Source: Candidatus Nanosynbacter lyticus (lineage in GTDB: Bacteria; Patescibacteriota; Saccharimonadia; Saccharimonadales; Saccharimonadaceae). Taken from it: 32,000 nt of DNA. This document shows, piece by piece, positions 31,384-32,000 of this stretch (within the stretch, counting starts at the first letter, position 1; each line of letters begins with the position of its first letter). The DNA is taken from the NCBI RefSeq assembly GCF_000803625.1, contig NZ_CP007496.1, positions 540,001 to 572,000 of the forward strand, written 5' to 3'. Below the pieces are notes generated by a model. That model saw only the letters and a program-made list of their open reading frames with translations. It was not told the origin of the DNA and did no database searches. A program made the translations under genes and the position numbers.

Positions 31384-32000
31384 ATGAAAAATATATGCGC
31401 AAATCTTAAGAATTTATATGCATTTCTTCATAAAATACCCAGCTGGGTCTGGCTAATTCCCATATTAATTTTAGCTATTAGCGCTCGCACTACCCAATTA
31501 ACCAAGGCTGATATTTGGCACGATGAGGGCTATACTGCTACCATTATCAATCAGCCCTTGATTGACATTATCTCCACGACAACCACGGACGTACATCCAC
31601 CATTTTATTACATTATCATGCATTTTTGGCAATTGCTTTTTGGCAGTTCAGTCACTGCGCTCAGAAGCTTTAGTGTCGTATGTGGCGCCATGACAGTCGC
31701 CATGCTATTTCTCTTACTGCAAAAGCTATTCTCTAAAAGAATCGCTATATTTGGAGCTTTTTTAGCAGCTTTAGGACCATTCCTGATCCGCTATAGCGAT
31801 GAGGCGAGGATGTATGCTTTAGCGGCGCTGATTGGCGTAGCAGCCACCTATGCATTTATTATGGCGGTCGAGAGAAAAGACAAAAAACCCTGGTGGATAT
31901 TATACGGATTTTTAGTGGCAATTGGCATTTACACACAGTACTTCCTGGCACTGCTGCTTCCAGCTCACTTCGTCTATTTATGGCTAAAAATTGATGGAAA
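31384..32000 (+). CDS. GT39/GT83-type (ArnT/PMT-like) polytopic glycosyltransferase, N-terminal ~205 codons; continues past the right edge
   Basis: Hand translation gives MKNICANLKNLYAFLHKIPSWVWLIPILILAISARTTQLTKADIWHDEGYTATII...DVHPPFYYIIMHFWQ... The DE..(Y) acidic loop followed by HPP(F/L)YY after TM1 is typical of this family. It is not in the ORF track because no stop lies in the window. Confidence 0.7.
   Translation, partial: MKNICANLKNLYAFLHKIPSWVWLIPILILAISARTTQLTKADIWHDEGYTATIINQPLIDIISTTTTDVHPPFYYIIMHFWQLLFGSSVTALRSFSVVCGAMTVAMLFLLLQKLFSKRIAIFGAFLAALGPFLIRYSDEARMYALAALIGVAATYAFIMAVERKDKKPWWILYGFLVAIGIYTQYFLALLLPAHFVYLWLKIDG

Noticed and set aside
1-32000. Alternative genetic code (TGA as a sense codon, as in some CPR lineages), CRISPR arrays, IS elements, prophage or defence genes
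   Set aside because: TGA terminates conserved genes at their expected ends (for example pcrA at 2573-2575) and is used in ATGA overlaps. No repeat-spacer arrays, transposases, integrases or recognisable defence domains were seen on either strand.

Overview
This is a compact, almost fully coding bacterial window using the standard genetic code: TGA serves as a stop and sits in ATGA start/stop overlaps. No transposase, integrase, CRISPR array or rRNA is visible. The gene content suggests a reduced-genome lineage with a Gram-positive-type wall, such as Saccharibacteria/CPR, but that assignment is inference only.

Layout, left to right:
- **1-9431, minus strand:** one co-directional array, pyk-pgk-tpiA, an acidic tail-anchored disordered protein, pcrA, an RpfB-like gene, a YabE-like gene, and rsmA (cut by the left edge).
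- **9552-9970:** tRNA-Glu and a small tail-anchored protein.
- **9967-13914:** an operon of a methyltransferase-like gene and a 7TM-GAF histidine kinase, divergent from a receiver-only response regulator.
- **13911-15707:** folD, then a five-gene island (tRNA-His, Lys, Arg-UCU, Gly) with an embedded 137-aa low-complexity ORF.
- **15741-20394:** a GT35 alpha-glucan phosphorylase, an XRE-HTH::MurA fusion, and glyA.
- **20457-24433:** a type IV pilin plus four minor pilins. The largest joins a PilX-like pilin module to a 7-blade RCC1 beta-propeller.
- **24476-26544:** murB, tandem tRNA-Arg(UCG) and tRNA-Arg(CCG), and a helical hypothetical.
- **26541-29350:** a membrane-anchored double-ring Clp/Hsp100-like ATPase, translationally coupled to a small polytopic membrane protein.
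- **29395-32000:** murT-gatD and the 5' part of a GT39-type glycosyltransferase.

Most interesting:
- The pilus-tip candidate, a PilX::RCC1 fusion in an operon colinear with fimU-pilVWX(Y1)E.
- The atypical membrane Clp-like pair.
- The methyltransferase-like / kinase / regulator module.
- The HTH-MurA fusion.
- A recurrent promoter grammar, TGnTATAAT followed 6-7 nt later by the ATG, which implies leaderless first genes.
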